Below are positions 37,382-49,729 of a DNA stretch of 64,000 bases, in pieces; positions within the stretch are counted from its first letter, which is position 1; every line of letters begins with the position of its first letter. The DNA is from Penicillus capitatus (Eukaryota > Plantae > Chlorophyta), in assembly GCA_965649825.1 (NCBI GenBank), contig OZ287694.1, positions 1,549,197 to 1,613,196 on the forward strand. The letters are read 5' to 3'. The notes under the pieces are model-generated. The model saw only the letters and a program-made list of their open reading frames with translations. It was not told the origin of the DNA and searched no databases. The translations under genes and the position numbers were made by a program.

Positions 37382-38181
37382 GTGATTGCGAAGGATACAA
37401 ATCAACCTGCTTTACAACGACATCTCTCAGTTCTCGTTTTGTTTCCCTTTACTAAAAGGCATGTCTAATGGGAAGATACTGTTGAGACACTTTCGATGGC
37501 ATTATGGCATTCCATGCCCTGCCGATGATGGCCGCAGAAGACCTTCCTGGTGGGATTTTCAGCAATCATTCATTTCGTTATTTCCTCAGTTCCTCACTGG
37601 GGCAAGATCTAGCATACAAATCTTTCGCGTCTTTACCTGGACGAGAAACGTATGAACAACATGAAATCTTGATGGTATTGTGAAGGAGTGTTGTCTGTAT
37701 AGTGTATCCACGAGATCTCCTCACCGGAACTCTGTCTAGTGCGTCAAGACTCTGAACGAAGTTGCGCGGTGTCCACAGAAGACCGACCTCGATTTCGAGA
37801 TCGTTGAGATGTGGCACGGAGAGGCGCCGCTGCGCCGTTCATTCTGTGGTCACTGTGTTGTGCATCTCTTACCTCGAAGAGCTGGAAAGAGCAAAGCAGT
37901 GATAAAGGCATGGGGTTGTCAAGATCATAGCAATCTCTGTCGAAGGAAAACACCGTTCCCTCTGAAGCGGCATGCGTCCTGGAGCGAGCGTCGTACTCTA
38001 ATGTGGCTCATGTTTCAGATTAAAGCGTCGAACTGATCGACAACAACTTCTGCCACTGATGGAAGGACTGGTTCATCGTACTTCTGACAAACATTAAAGC
38101 AACATTGCATGCAATCTGAGGATACTGAAAACAGCAACGACTCTCAGCAAGAAATATTTTGACCGATACCCTTCTCCATCT

Positions 38182-39442
38182 TCATTCAATCTTCGTCTGC
38201 GTTCCTTGGAAGAGAATGGTCCCGTCTGATTCGTCCACGATGAAGTACAGAAAAGGACGATCGACGATGATGTTGAACGGGGGAGGAGAAGTGGAATAAG
38301 GAGCACACCCCTCTAATGCGGAGACCGTCTTCGCTGACGCTTCCGTTCCCTACGCGACACTTCAGTCATCGCCGAGGCCGTAAAGAATCTCGACCTCTTC
38401 GTCCACAATGATCTTGGCCTTGTGAATGAATTCGGAGATCTTCACCGGTGCAATACGAGAGATTCCGGAGAAATCCGCCGCAGACGAGAAGGCAGTCGAC
38501 AGGCCGAGCTTGACAAGCATGTCTTTCAGAGGCTCTAGCGTCTGCTCCATTTCCCATTTGGGCATTTTGAGATCGTTGACCTTAAAATCGCGGAACCCAC
38601 CGGCAAACAGTGAGCCGATCTGACTCAAGAGGCCCTCTTCTGCTGTCTTCCATCCGTCGCGCTTCTTCGGCAGCAGGACGTACATCGTGAATTCATCCGT
38701 GAATTCATTCGTAAATTCCTCTCTTTCGTACGGCATGGCAAACAGAAGGGCGTCCAACGCACGTACATCCTTGACGCGGACTTTCAGTTCGCTCAGCCAC
38801 ATGAAAGGCACCCTCTGGTCGCCACCGACTGCGTGGAAGGTTTCGTCTCTTGTCCTGTCTACGGGGAAACTCGTTGTCCAGTTTCCCTTGAAGAAGAAGG
38901 CGCTGGAAACGACGAAGTTCGTGTCGGTCGAGAGGCCTCCGGGTGGAAGGATATCCGGAATCATCCCGGCCGTTCTCTTATTCACCCATGCGTTGATTCG
39001 GACGCGGACGTCTTCGGAGGATCGACGGAAATCCACCGATCTGACGTTGGCCGGCCCGACGTGCTTCACGTACTTTTTCCTGATTTTGACCGACTGCTCG
39101 ACGTAGATGCGGTTCGCCATCTTCGCGACGGAGTCGCCCGAGTACGCTGTCGCCTTGGAGGAAAGGCTGCTTCTGACGCGTTCATCCTAGACACGATTCG
39201 TCAGCCAAATCGCACGTGCGAAGCAGCCAGCACACATCGAATTCGAAGAGATTCTCGAGTTCGGCCTTGGTCTCGCCGCGAGCGCCGTTGTAGATGAGGA
39301 AGAAGCACATGGCTATGGACAGGGGCGAGAAGATGAGATTCTCGTCCACGTGCTGCGGCCTCCATTCGGACAAGATCTGCTGCCCAAAAACGTTCACCGA
39401 TCCCGCCGGCGATAACGGTTCGCCGTCGACGATCGAATGCAT
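38182..39442 (-). CDS. Serpin (serine/cysteine protease inhibitor family)
   Basis: ENLIFSPLSI, GARGETKAEL, ANRIYV, RINAWVNKRTAGMIPDIL, FFKGNW, MPKW, IHKAKIIVDEE|GTEASA, VDRPFLYFI. An N-terminal extension or signal peptide up to about 39950 is possible. Confidence 0.92.
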
Positions 39443-40682
39443 CCTGCACGAGTTCAGAAGAAGCGCCGCCGCAGAAAGGACAACACGAAGAGGGTGCGAG
39501 GACGGATAACAATCGCGACAGCCGGCTTTGTAACCTGCTTCTAACGCGACTTGGAAGCTACTACAGTTCCCCCGCGCGATGTGACTGCGCATCTGCCAGC
39601 TGTCCTTCGTCTGCAGCGACAGGCGCAGACCATAACGACCACTCTTGCCCAAGGTCTCGTCGGTTTGTTGCCTGTCGCATTGCGACTGTAACGCGTCTGC
39701 TGCGCAGTTCGACGGGCGACGGGTCCAGCATTGTTGTGTCACTGCCGAGGAATTGCCGTCGGGGCGAATGGCGGTCTGCCAGTACAGGAACCATCTGCTC
39801 CGTTCGCGCGCGGTGCTAAAGAACCCACAAAGAAGAACACGATCACTTTCTTTGCTGTCCGATCTCTCAGGCCACACTGAATGGAGAAACGTTTAGGGAA
39901 TCTGCATCGCTCCATCCACAGGTTTCGTGGCAGACCTGTCTGTGCGTTGAATACAGCTGATGAATGACCAAGAGGCCGAACGCACCTGCATTGCGAGCGC
40001 CATTCTTCTGCCGCAGTGTTATTCGTTGGGAGCTGCATCCTGCCCTAACTGAAACATCTGATCAGAGGGAAGATCTCTCTGCGCGTCGATTTCTTCTTGG
40101 CAAACACTTTCCGATTCAACTCTGCAGAGCGACAGCGATCGAGCAGGAATCGTCAACGGTGCCATCAGGAAGGAGATCGGGATCCCTGAATCGTGTGCGC
40201 TTTTCGTTCGAGTTGGATACGTGGTTTTAAGACAATCGACACGAACTTAAATACCCTTCTCTCAGAAAGGTGTCCCCGAGACATTGTAATGTTTGCAGGA
40301 AGCTGTGCCGAATGCAACTATCCAAACTGAATTTAGATGAATGTTCTGCAGGTACGACGGACTGCCGTTTCATTAATGCTCTTCCGACGCATTACTGATC
40401 GGCAATAGCGACATGAGATAGAGAGTTTATGCTAACGATAACAATACGGATCCTAATAACTTCGTTCCACATAAACAAAGGGAAAGCCCAGGAGGATTCT
40501 TTACTATACAACTGGTGGAAGTATAAATGATTGTGCAAGACCTTCTTCGCACGGACTCGCCAGAAATTGTTGCTGTCATAGAATCTAACAGCAATCTATA
40601 CAGCACTTGACAATTCCCTTTTAAAAAATCATGACAGACGACGCTGAGCATTGCAAGTGTGGTGCAATGCTGCAGCAAAATT

Positions 40683-43153
40683 TCAATCAGTTGAAGCTGT
40701 TAGTTGATCAAGTTTCTCAAGGACGCGAACCAGATTGGTCTCTATCGTCTTCACGCGTTCGTCCAGTTGATGGATCTGTGTCTGTACGTTTTGAACCGTT
40801 CTCTGAGGCGGCTGAAACGGTTCGTTGCCATCTCCGACTTTGTTCAGCGCGCGATTTCCTTCCCCTTTTGATCTTTCTTCGTCCGTCTTTGCCACGCGCA
40901 CCAGGTAGTGGAAGTATCGTTGACGGTCCAGATCTCTGAGATGAAATCTCCGAAACCAACTCTTCGCTCTCGCTTCTGACTTTCTCACCATTTCTGCACG
41001 TCTGCGATCGATGTCGAGCGTCCTACGGGGGAGGCCTGTGCATCCCAATGACAGCAATGGCTAAGGTGTTACTGAGAATTCTCCTCAGGAGGAACGAAAC
41101 GATGAGCGATGTAGCGTAGAGTGGCGCCAGCCAACTCTGCACGGCATTTCACCAGTTCTTCCTCCTCGGTGGATCGGACGCGGTTGTATGTATCGCCGAG
41201 AATAGCGATCAGCAGACTGAGCAGCACAATTCCGCCGACGAAGATGAAGCCGTTGAAGAGAAGCGATCTCCACACGCCGATGAACGTGTCCGTGGAGCGA
41301 AACACCTGCGAACAAACGCCGTGAGAGGTGTCAAGCATAAGAAGACGCACTTCCTCTTCAAAGTTCCCAACGGCGGCATGGAAAAGGATCTTGAGGACGC
41401 GGAAAAACGAGCTTTCGTCTTCGTGGCTGTCATCGTCTTCGGAGCGAGTGTCATTTCCCACTGTGCCATTTGCGTCTGCGCCGCCGGTCTCGTCGCTGCC
41501 GTCTTCGTCCCGGTAGAACTTTGGATTGAAGAGGACTCGGAAAGCGAAGGAGAATCCCACGAGTACAGAGGCTCCCAGGCCAGAGAACGGAACCACGGCC
41601 TTCATTGAGTACCTGGCCATCGAGACGAAATAGCCGATCTTGTCAAAGGGCACGAGGTCCTCAACCACCTGGATCCACATAGACAGTTGACAGTGATTAG
41701 ACAGATCTGCCGACCGGCAGTCGGAGAAGGGCTCACCAGCATCCAGAAGAGAACGCAGCCGAGGGATGTCAGGAACGCGGAAAACTGGTCCTGATGCTCG
41801 GAGTGGAACGCATGCACTGTCAACAAGAAGCTCACCACGATGTTGAGGATCCTACGTTCCACGCTGCCGTCTGTCCTTGTCTACGGCATTGACGCACTTG
41901 ATCATCGAATCTCTGATCGGCAGCGTCGCCAACGGCAAAGCAAACGACAGCAGGATCGAGAACCGTAGGAGCCGCTCGTCTAGTCCGCTCGGTTCTTCTC
42001 GCCGCAGACCGTAGGAGGCAGCGAAGAATGAGAAGAAGCCAGCGGCGAGCACGTCCACGATCAAGAGGAACAAGAATCGGCCGCAGAGCGAGTAGAACAT
42101 CCAGTTGGTGAATGCCTTCACAGACTCGGAGTTGAACACGTCCAGACGAAGATTGGATGTCGACAGCATCCGCAGGACATGATTCCACCCAAGCGTCGTA
42201 TGGGGCGTTGAACGAATGCCGACAGTATTCGAGCAGGCCTTCTTCCGGACGAAGTGCTGATCGACGCAGAAGAATTTCGCGATCACGTCGACCTGGAAGT
42301 CCGATGTCTTGGCCATCTCTGCGGCGTACTCTTCGCTGTTGCGCATCCAGAAGTCTTTCGTTGCGGCACTGTTCGGCATTGTCCAGTCGTCCAAGGCCTC
42401 GTTCGTCGTCATCGCGATCGGACGTCTGCCATTCTTCTCGAACAGCGTGTAGGGCACACTGAATCTGCCGTACTCGAACGCGAACTTGTCGTTCTCTAGG
42501 TAATCTGCCATGAGATTCGGAAACTTCTTGACCAAAGGGATCAGGTAGTTCGTCAGAATGACGCAGGATTCGTCAACCGACAGGCGCTTCTCTATTAAGT
42601 AGTCCATGACGAACGCCGCCACGTCGACGGAACCCTTCTGTATGGCCCAGTCCAGAGTGGGACAGGAGCCCTTGTTGATCTCGACGAATCTGCTGCGATC
42701 TCTGGCGTAGTCTAGCAGCAGTCTTGCACTGTCCAGCTGTTGCTGAACGATGGCATCGCACAGCAGAGGGACGTCATTGCTGTTGACGGCGGTGATGACG
42801 CTGATGCCGTAATGCGAGATCAGCCTGCACGAACACACCCTGTCTGTCATTTCATTCTGTCAAGGCAGTCATGTCATACGTTGCCGTCGTCTCTGCCATC
42901 CAGAGCGGAACTGAGATGACGGCATCAGTTTCGACGACAGGGCAGCTGCGGACGGTCGGCCCTGCGCAAAAGACTGTAAACAGAACGTCAGAGCCAGCGT
43001 GTATAGAACGCGACTTTTGAAGATGCCAGTCGGCTTCCGGTTCTCTTTGGTGAATGTTTGTGTGTTCGGGACTGGCACCGATGGCTGGCGTCCTAGGTAG
43101 AGGGAGAGCTCCACGTCTTCAGAATGTCCGGAAGAACGGTCGTCCGTGTTCAT
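40683..43153 (-). CDS. TRP-like cation channel (copy F); closest paralog of copy A
   Basis: MNTDDRSS..., exon 2 AVISVPLWM, DVPLLCDAIV / CPTLDWAI / FEYGRFSVPYTLF, pore VLKILFHAAVGNFEEE, S6 IVLLSLLIAILGDTY, YFHYLV. Confidence 0.8.
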
Positions 43154-43779
43154 CGCGCTGTCGAGTGGGTTAACGCACGAGGAATGCGTGTGCGCTGCAA
43201 ACGCTTAGCTTTCGAGATGCGGAAAAGATATAAAGATGAGGTTTGATTCACCGGCTTAGACGGATCTGGCCTTTAATGGTCGAATCGTCTGATCTGGTCA
43301 GTTACCGCATCTCTGCGCATCAGATGGAGCAGAGCTTCTCACCAGCAGCCTACTGACTAGATGAACGGGCCTGTGCCACCGTTGACACCACATAGTGCAG
43401 GAGCAAAACGATGTTTCAAAAGAAAGTGAACAGACAGGCGAAATCGATAGAATTGACGAAGGCGCATATGATACATGATGCGGGATGCTTCTGGTCGGCA
43501 CCCGATAGGAGGTGACGTGGACACAACGTGATGCGACTACGTGGCACGCATCAAAGATCGTCTTGAAATGACGTTGAGCCGTCGAGTTGATGATACTGGA
43601 AGGTAAGATTCCTCTAGTTAGCTTCCTCTTAGACGAAGGATTCATCTGAACGCAATAAACCCGCGTCTTAGAGAATACCCACGACAACTGCATGTTTCAA
43701 TGGGGCGGAGGTTGAGTAGATGTCTACAAGTGAAAGGCGTTTTCGTGCCGTTTGTCTCCCTTTTTCAGAGGTGGATCTT

Positions 43780-44920
43780 CGACGCTCATGATGAGCAGAG
43801 CGCCTAGAATTCCAAATGCCAGTGAATCCGTAAACACATACTGGATCATGGGGACGAACGAGGCAGTTGCATTCAGGGATCTCTGATAGAATAGAATCTG
43901 GAAGACAGCAATGTCACCGACAACGCCAAAGAACGGCATCTTCACTCACAGTCTTGCAGAAAAATGCGCACTCTATTGCAACAACCACGGCGGCGACACG
44001 ATGTGGGGCTCCGAAGGATCGCTGCCTCTTTCCTGCAACCAAGAGGGCGTCGGTCTGGAACTGAACGTGGCTGTATACAAAATTGCCTAAGACACTCGCA
44101 AACAGCAACACTCTTCCACTTCCGTCGCTTTCCTGTTGTCACGGAGAGAACAGCGCCTAGTTCCATCACGTCCGTCTATACACGTAGACCTTCTGAGCTC
44201 CGTCATCCGAAATACACCACGCTGTCACATCATTCGGCGATTTATAGCTATCAGAGAGCCGTGGATAGACAGCGCGATTCCACCCGTGATAAACGACACA
44301 TCGCGTCAACGTCTCGTTTTCGTCCACAACGAAAACAGATTGGAGAGAGCTGCGTAGAGCACAATGAACTGTGATGCATCGTCGTCACAGAATCCAAGAT
44401 CGACGGCTTTTGTTCGTTTCGGATACGCCAACGACAAGGCTCACGAAATCCATCCGTCCCCCAGACCCAATGACATCATGCTGCACGACACCTCAGCGGC
44501 ACACGATTGCGTCTGTTCACGGAAGATCGCCATGGTCATCTGTGATAAGACATGTGGCATCGCTCGAGAGGCAAAAACAGCAATCTTCTCCCAAGACATC
44601 CTCAGCAGTCGGTCCGACAACAGCGAGGTATCGGCTGCCGTTACGCTGCTTACTAAGAGAGTCTGCCGTAACGCGGTGGAAGTGAAGCTGAGAGCAGACG
44701 GCGTGTCTTCGACAGTGATTGTCTTCTCGTGCCGCTCGTGACGTCCAGGGTGATGCTTGATGAAGTGGAGGTCGACGAGTGTGCGGTATGATGTGAGAAT
44801 GGATTCTTCTGGCGGTCGTTTCGCATTGTTGGTACGTTCCACGACATGAAGGCCAGAACGTCGAACACGGGTCTGCGCGTTTTGCCGCTGTCGTACACGA
44901 CATACGTGTTGTCAAATCAG
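43780..44920 (-). pseudogene. Degenerate, internally deleted copy of the propeller-TRP gene (copy C type); no pore region
   Basis: AVFQILFYQRSLNATASFVPMIQYVFTDSLAFGIL matches copy C AVFQILFYLQPLSATGPLVSMIRYVFRDIMAFAIL. HRVAAVVVAIECAFF matches PRIEASAVIAAVECMSF. TALRQTLLVSSVTAAD matches HALQTRVLLNLQLSVPD. Frameshifts and stops lie between these pieces. Confidence 0.7.
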
Positions 44921-45578
44921 TAGCTCGTCAGTCACATCAGAGAAGTGAAGAACATGATGGTTCGGGATCCAGATGATCTGACGTACTCCTCAATCGATTC
45001 ACCTTTTGAGCGAGTCGAGCGATTTTATTGAAGATACGACAGGAATGCCGAAGCGACGGTTGGTGTCGTCTCGTGAAGTATTGACGTGTCGAGGTAACCC
45101 CGATCGATAGCGCGACGGCACGGATGGATCGTCGAAGGGACAGTGCTGTACGTGACGTCAATGTCATCGTTCAAGCCGAATCAGATGCCAACAATGGACG
45201 ACTTTGGCATACGCTTTCTCGCCTCAGTAACGCTACGTTTAGAAATCATGTATTGTTTCGTACAAGACAACTGACAACTGCCGAAACGGCACCCGCCATA
45301 CACTTCTAACAAGATGTACGATATAAGAAAGCTTTTTCGGATGAAACGAGCACAACGCTAAAAGCTGCACTCTGTCACAACTTGAATAAAAACGATACAA
45401 ACCGCTGCCCATTCCTTTCCGTTTATACAAGTCTTGTCGCGGCTTAATAGACGACGACGCGGTGCGTTCAAAGGCGGTAAGAATATGACGATTCGGGTGC
45501 ATTTATTGGCCATGCACGCATTGCAATGTTTCGTGGAGAGGATACTAAAAGAACCTTGAACGTCAATCGCGGGTCGCT

Positions 45579-48088
45579 TTAGGTTGACCCAAGGGACAGT
45601 GGCTGCGGGGGCTTCTGTCCGATAGCTCCTACCAGAAGATCGATAGCCTTCTTCATGTTCTCCAGTTGCCCTTCTATGCTGACCAACCTGTCTGTCAAAT
45701 TCTTCGAATTCTCTTCACACACTGCAGCACATAACGTCGCTGATAACTTGAACTTTCGCTCCCGACACGTAAATGGATCTCACCTTTCAACACTTTTTCG
45801 TTCTTCTGCGCCTCTGCCGTGATGGTCCTCTTCAGCGACATGTGTCTACCCTCCCACTCATCACTGCCAAGTTCACTTTCTTCGTCGCTGGCTGGCACCA
45901 GGAAATGGAAATACACCCCGTCGAGGAATTCCAAGTCTCGACTGCTGGTACGCGATCCCTCGCTGTGTGACGTGTTTTTGAGAATGCCAAAGTCTTTGGC
46001 GTGTTGTGTCCTGCCGTGCAACACAAGCGTCCATCAGCTAACGGTTCCGAGAGTCTGTGGTCTTTATGATAGACGTACACTTGTTGTGCGTTGAGGATCG
46101 AATTGAACTGATGTTGGAATTTGGCCACGATACGCATTCGGAGCTTCGTCAACTCTGCTTTCTCGACCGATCGAACTTTGTCATACGTATCAGTCAAGAT
46201 CGCAACGAGCAAACTGAGAAGCACAACGGGTCCGATAAAGACAAAAGAACCGAACAGAAGGGTAGCCCAGATGACAAGAACGCCACTCGACGGTCGAAAC
46301 ATCTGCACCGACACATCACAGAGATAAGAGCAGATGTATGGCAACGTACATCCACTTCGAAGTTCCCGGTGCCTGCGTAAGTGAGCGTCTCGAAGGCACG
46401 CGTAAGGGTCGTAAAATGCTCTCCTTCTTCGTTGATGAACCTCTCTTTGAAGAGCACGACGAAGGCTGCGGAATAGCCAAAGATGATCAGGACGCCCAAT
46501 ACCAAGAAGCTTATAGAGTCCATCACTGCCGAATTCACCATCGATATGATGTGACCCGTGCGGTTGAAGGACTGAAAGGAGCGAAATACCTACAATACAT
46601 AACAAGGACACACATTATATGCGCGAGATGATGTTCAAGGGTACCAAGATCCATTGGAGAATGCACGTGATCGATGTGGAGAAGGCAGAAAACGCGGTGT
46701 GATGATCCCAGATGCAGGTATGAACGATGAGCACCACTTCAATGAACATAACAACCAACCTGTAAAGGACCACCTCGATCTGGATGCATTCTTCGAAGGA
46801 TGTTGCGATGCTTGCCTCCAATGTGAGTGGTAGCAGATGTTCCCCGCGAGATGTGATACGAATACCATGACCATCAGCCCACCCCAGAACAGACGATCTG
46901 TGACGCCACCGAACACGTCTCTACCATAGAGCCGAGCGAAGCCGGTGAACGCTGCGGTCGATATGCAATCCATCACAATGTTTATCCAATACTTTGTGCG
47001 AAAGAAGCGAAACCACCACTCCGTCATGACCTTCAGCGTCTCAGATTCAAATGCCCACACTGGGAGGTTGTCAATGATGCATTGACAGAGATGCTGCTGC
47101 TTCCTACTGACAAACGAGCTGAGACAGTGAGGCAGGCAGCTAATCATTGGATGGGACCTTGTTTTTCGGCAGTTTGTGTTTTGTCCGATACAGAAGAACT
47201 TGGCAACGGCCGTGACGTGCATGTCAGAGGCGTCACGGAGATTCAAATCTCTCTTGGCGCAGTTCTCGGTCCAGAAACCCTTTGCCTCTTGGCTGCCCAT
47301 CCCCTCCCAGCTATCCAGTTTCTTTCGGACGATCATGGCAACGGGAAGTCCGTCGGTTCTGTTAAACACCGACCGCTGTACTGGGAATCTGGCGTACTCC
47401 ACCGTAAAACGGTCCCGTTTCAGGAAGTCGCCCATCAGCTTCGGGAACTTCTCACTGATGGCCTGCAAGTGGGTCTCTAGTAGAAGGCATGTTTCTTCGA
47501 CAGACGCATATTTCTCCGCCAGTTTTTCGAGAATGAATCGGACTTCCCTGTCCGCATCGTGCTCGATGGCCCATTTCAGCAGATCGCTGTTTCCGTGGCG
47601 GAACTTCACTGGAATGCCTTCCTTCTTTGCTTCATCGACGATTTTGCATGCGCAGTCGAGTTGACGCTTTCTGATGGCATCCCAGAAAAGCAGATCTCCG
47701 TACTCATCGACAACATTCGTCACACGTCCGCCGTACTTCAACATGAATCTGAACAACACAAGACTGTCGCCGACACTGCAGAGTCAGAGGGATGCACACT
47801 GTTGTGTCAGCGCCGGTGTCCATTCCGTCGGACGTTTTTCCTCCGGATTCGCCGGGGAGCCGGTGCGTCTTGCTGCGACACCTGTGGAAAGGAGCCCGAA
47901 TGTCAACGTCGCGTTTTCGAATGCGGAATAGAGAGCAATGAGTGCTGTTCCGTTGTGGACGCACCGCTTGCTGCTGCTGCCGATGATGTTGCCATCCACC
48001 GCGTCATCTCGATGCCTGCCGAATGCTTCTGTCCCCGAAGGAGATGTTCGGACGCTCTCTCACTCTTTTCGCCGTTTGTCGAAGCCAT
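45579..48088 (-). CDS. TRP-like cation channel (copy G); multi-exon
   Basis: MASTNGEK... with the family's phase-1 and phase-2 first introns; DLLFWDAI / DLLKWAI / VEYARFPV; pore FTTLTRAFETLTYAGTGNFEVD; S6 VVLLSLLVAILTDTY; YFHFLVP; coiled coil ending in TAA at 45579. Confidence 0.8.
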
Positions 48089-48491
48089 AATTCCAAAAGA
48101 CGAGGCGCTTGTGCTGGTCTTTAAAAACGAAGTCGCCAAAGACGCAACGTTAGACTGACTGAAAAACAACGAACTCTGATTACACAACGCATTTTATACC
48201 AAGGTTTCGTTCGTTAAATACTGCTACACTACCGGTCGGCTGCCCCATGGGTCCTTCATGACAGCGACGTGTCTTTCGAGATGCATTCCGCATTGCGCAA
48301 TCAAGCGTTGTCAAAGCAGGTTACATGGAAAACGCGTCCCGTTTTGTTCACAAACAAAATCCACACAAAACAGACAGACAATCCTTTCAGTTAATCTCTT
48401 TCACCTTTCAGTCACTGGGCGCCTGCGTCACACTCTCATGCATGCATCCTCACTCTATCTCACACTTTACTTGATGGTAACGGACAGAGTC

Positions 48492-49537
48492 TTACTGTCC
48501 TTTTTTCTTTTTTTCGCGCTTTGGCTTCGGCCGCAGCAATCCCGATGCATTTCCGAGAACTCTTTTCGTCGATTTGCTCTTCTCTAATTTGCTCCTTATC
48601 TGGCCAGGAGTCAATGCTGCGCCCTTGTCGTCTGCAGCTTCCTCGGTCACACTTTCCTCGGTGAGGTTTGTGTGATCATCTCTTCTGTCCCAGCAGTACT
48701 TCCTTTCTCCCGATTCTTCTTTTTTTGTTGCTCGATGGATCTGCATTTTTGGCATTCTCGTTAACGTCGATGCCCAGGCTGGCCAACTGTCCATCGAGAT
48801 CCTCCATCTCCTTCTTCTTCAGCTCCTGCACACCCAACCAACAGAAATCCAGTCTTCGCAGAAGTGTGACCACCCATCCGTCACACCTGTTTCGAGACTT
48901 TGCGTTGCGGCTGGACGTGATACTTTTTTCGATGTTTCTCCAGCAACGCCGACTCCTCTGCCACCGCACGAACAAACATCGCACACTGTACAATGCAATG
49001 CTCCGTCGACGCACCCGCCGACGGTTCTGCGTTGGTTTTTTCTTTCTATCTCTCCTCTTGCTCCTCATGATCGTCCTCCGGACCCAGTTCCACGCCAAAG
49101 TGCGCTTGCAGATCAATCTCCTGCATCGCAGCATCGCCTCATCTGATCGCATCGCCTAACCCCTACCTCTTCACTTTCGCGGAGGTCTGTTTGAAGACTC
49201 TTCCCATTTGACACATCGGCACTCACCTACAGTCACATCGCCGACGGTTCTCGACCCATACATGCCTCTCATCTCTCACGTACACTCCTGGATGTGACCC
49301 CCATTCATCATCATCTGCCCAATCGCTCACATTGGACGGTCTTTGACACAGACTCCATGACAGACATCGCATGGGCGTCTCTCTGCAGGTCAAGTCCAAC
49401 TGGATATCGCCTGTTCGAGGCGCAAGTCTGTTCCGTCTTGGCTGCGCCTTTCTTCTTACTTCTTTCTCTTCTGGTTTCTTCTTTTTAACTGTTCTGGCGC
49501 TGAGGACTTCAAATGCGCTGTTCAAGTTCAACTCCAT
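48492..49537 (-). CDS. Conserved uncharacterised low-complexity K/E-rich protein (resembles a plant family, recalled as At4g32610-like)
   Basis: Motifs NSAFEVLS..KKKK, SDWADDDE, ELKKKEMEDLDGQLASLG and QIRSKLEK occur in the same order as I recall for the plant protein. Several introns; the exact exons are uncertain. Confidence 0.6.
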
Positions 49538-49729
49538 ATCTAAGACGCCAGCGACGGAGTCTCGAAAATCGTGCATAGCGTCGCTGAAGAGACAAAACGA
49601 CAGTGGGAAAACGCGCAAAGCGTGAATCGATGCGGACGGAACGACAGTCGAGTTGGTAAGCAGTGGCCTTTGCTTGATGACATGATGTGACGTTTCTGTT
49701 GTGTTGGCGCGACATAAGGGTATGTATGG

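Larger units (their letters stand above)
27398..39540. repeat. Segmental duplication, copy 1 (recurs at 50880-64000)
   Basis: Near-identical DNA at offset 23482 before the LTR insertion and 24460 after it. Both ends were checked base by base (39540 pairs with 64000). Confidence 0.97.
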
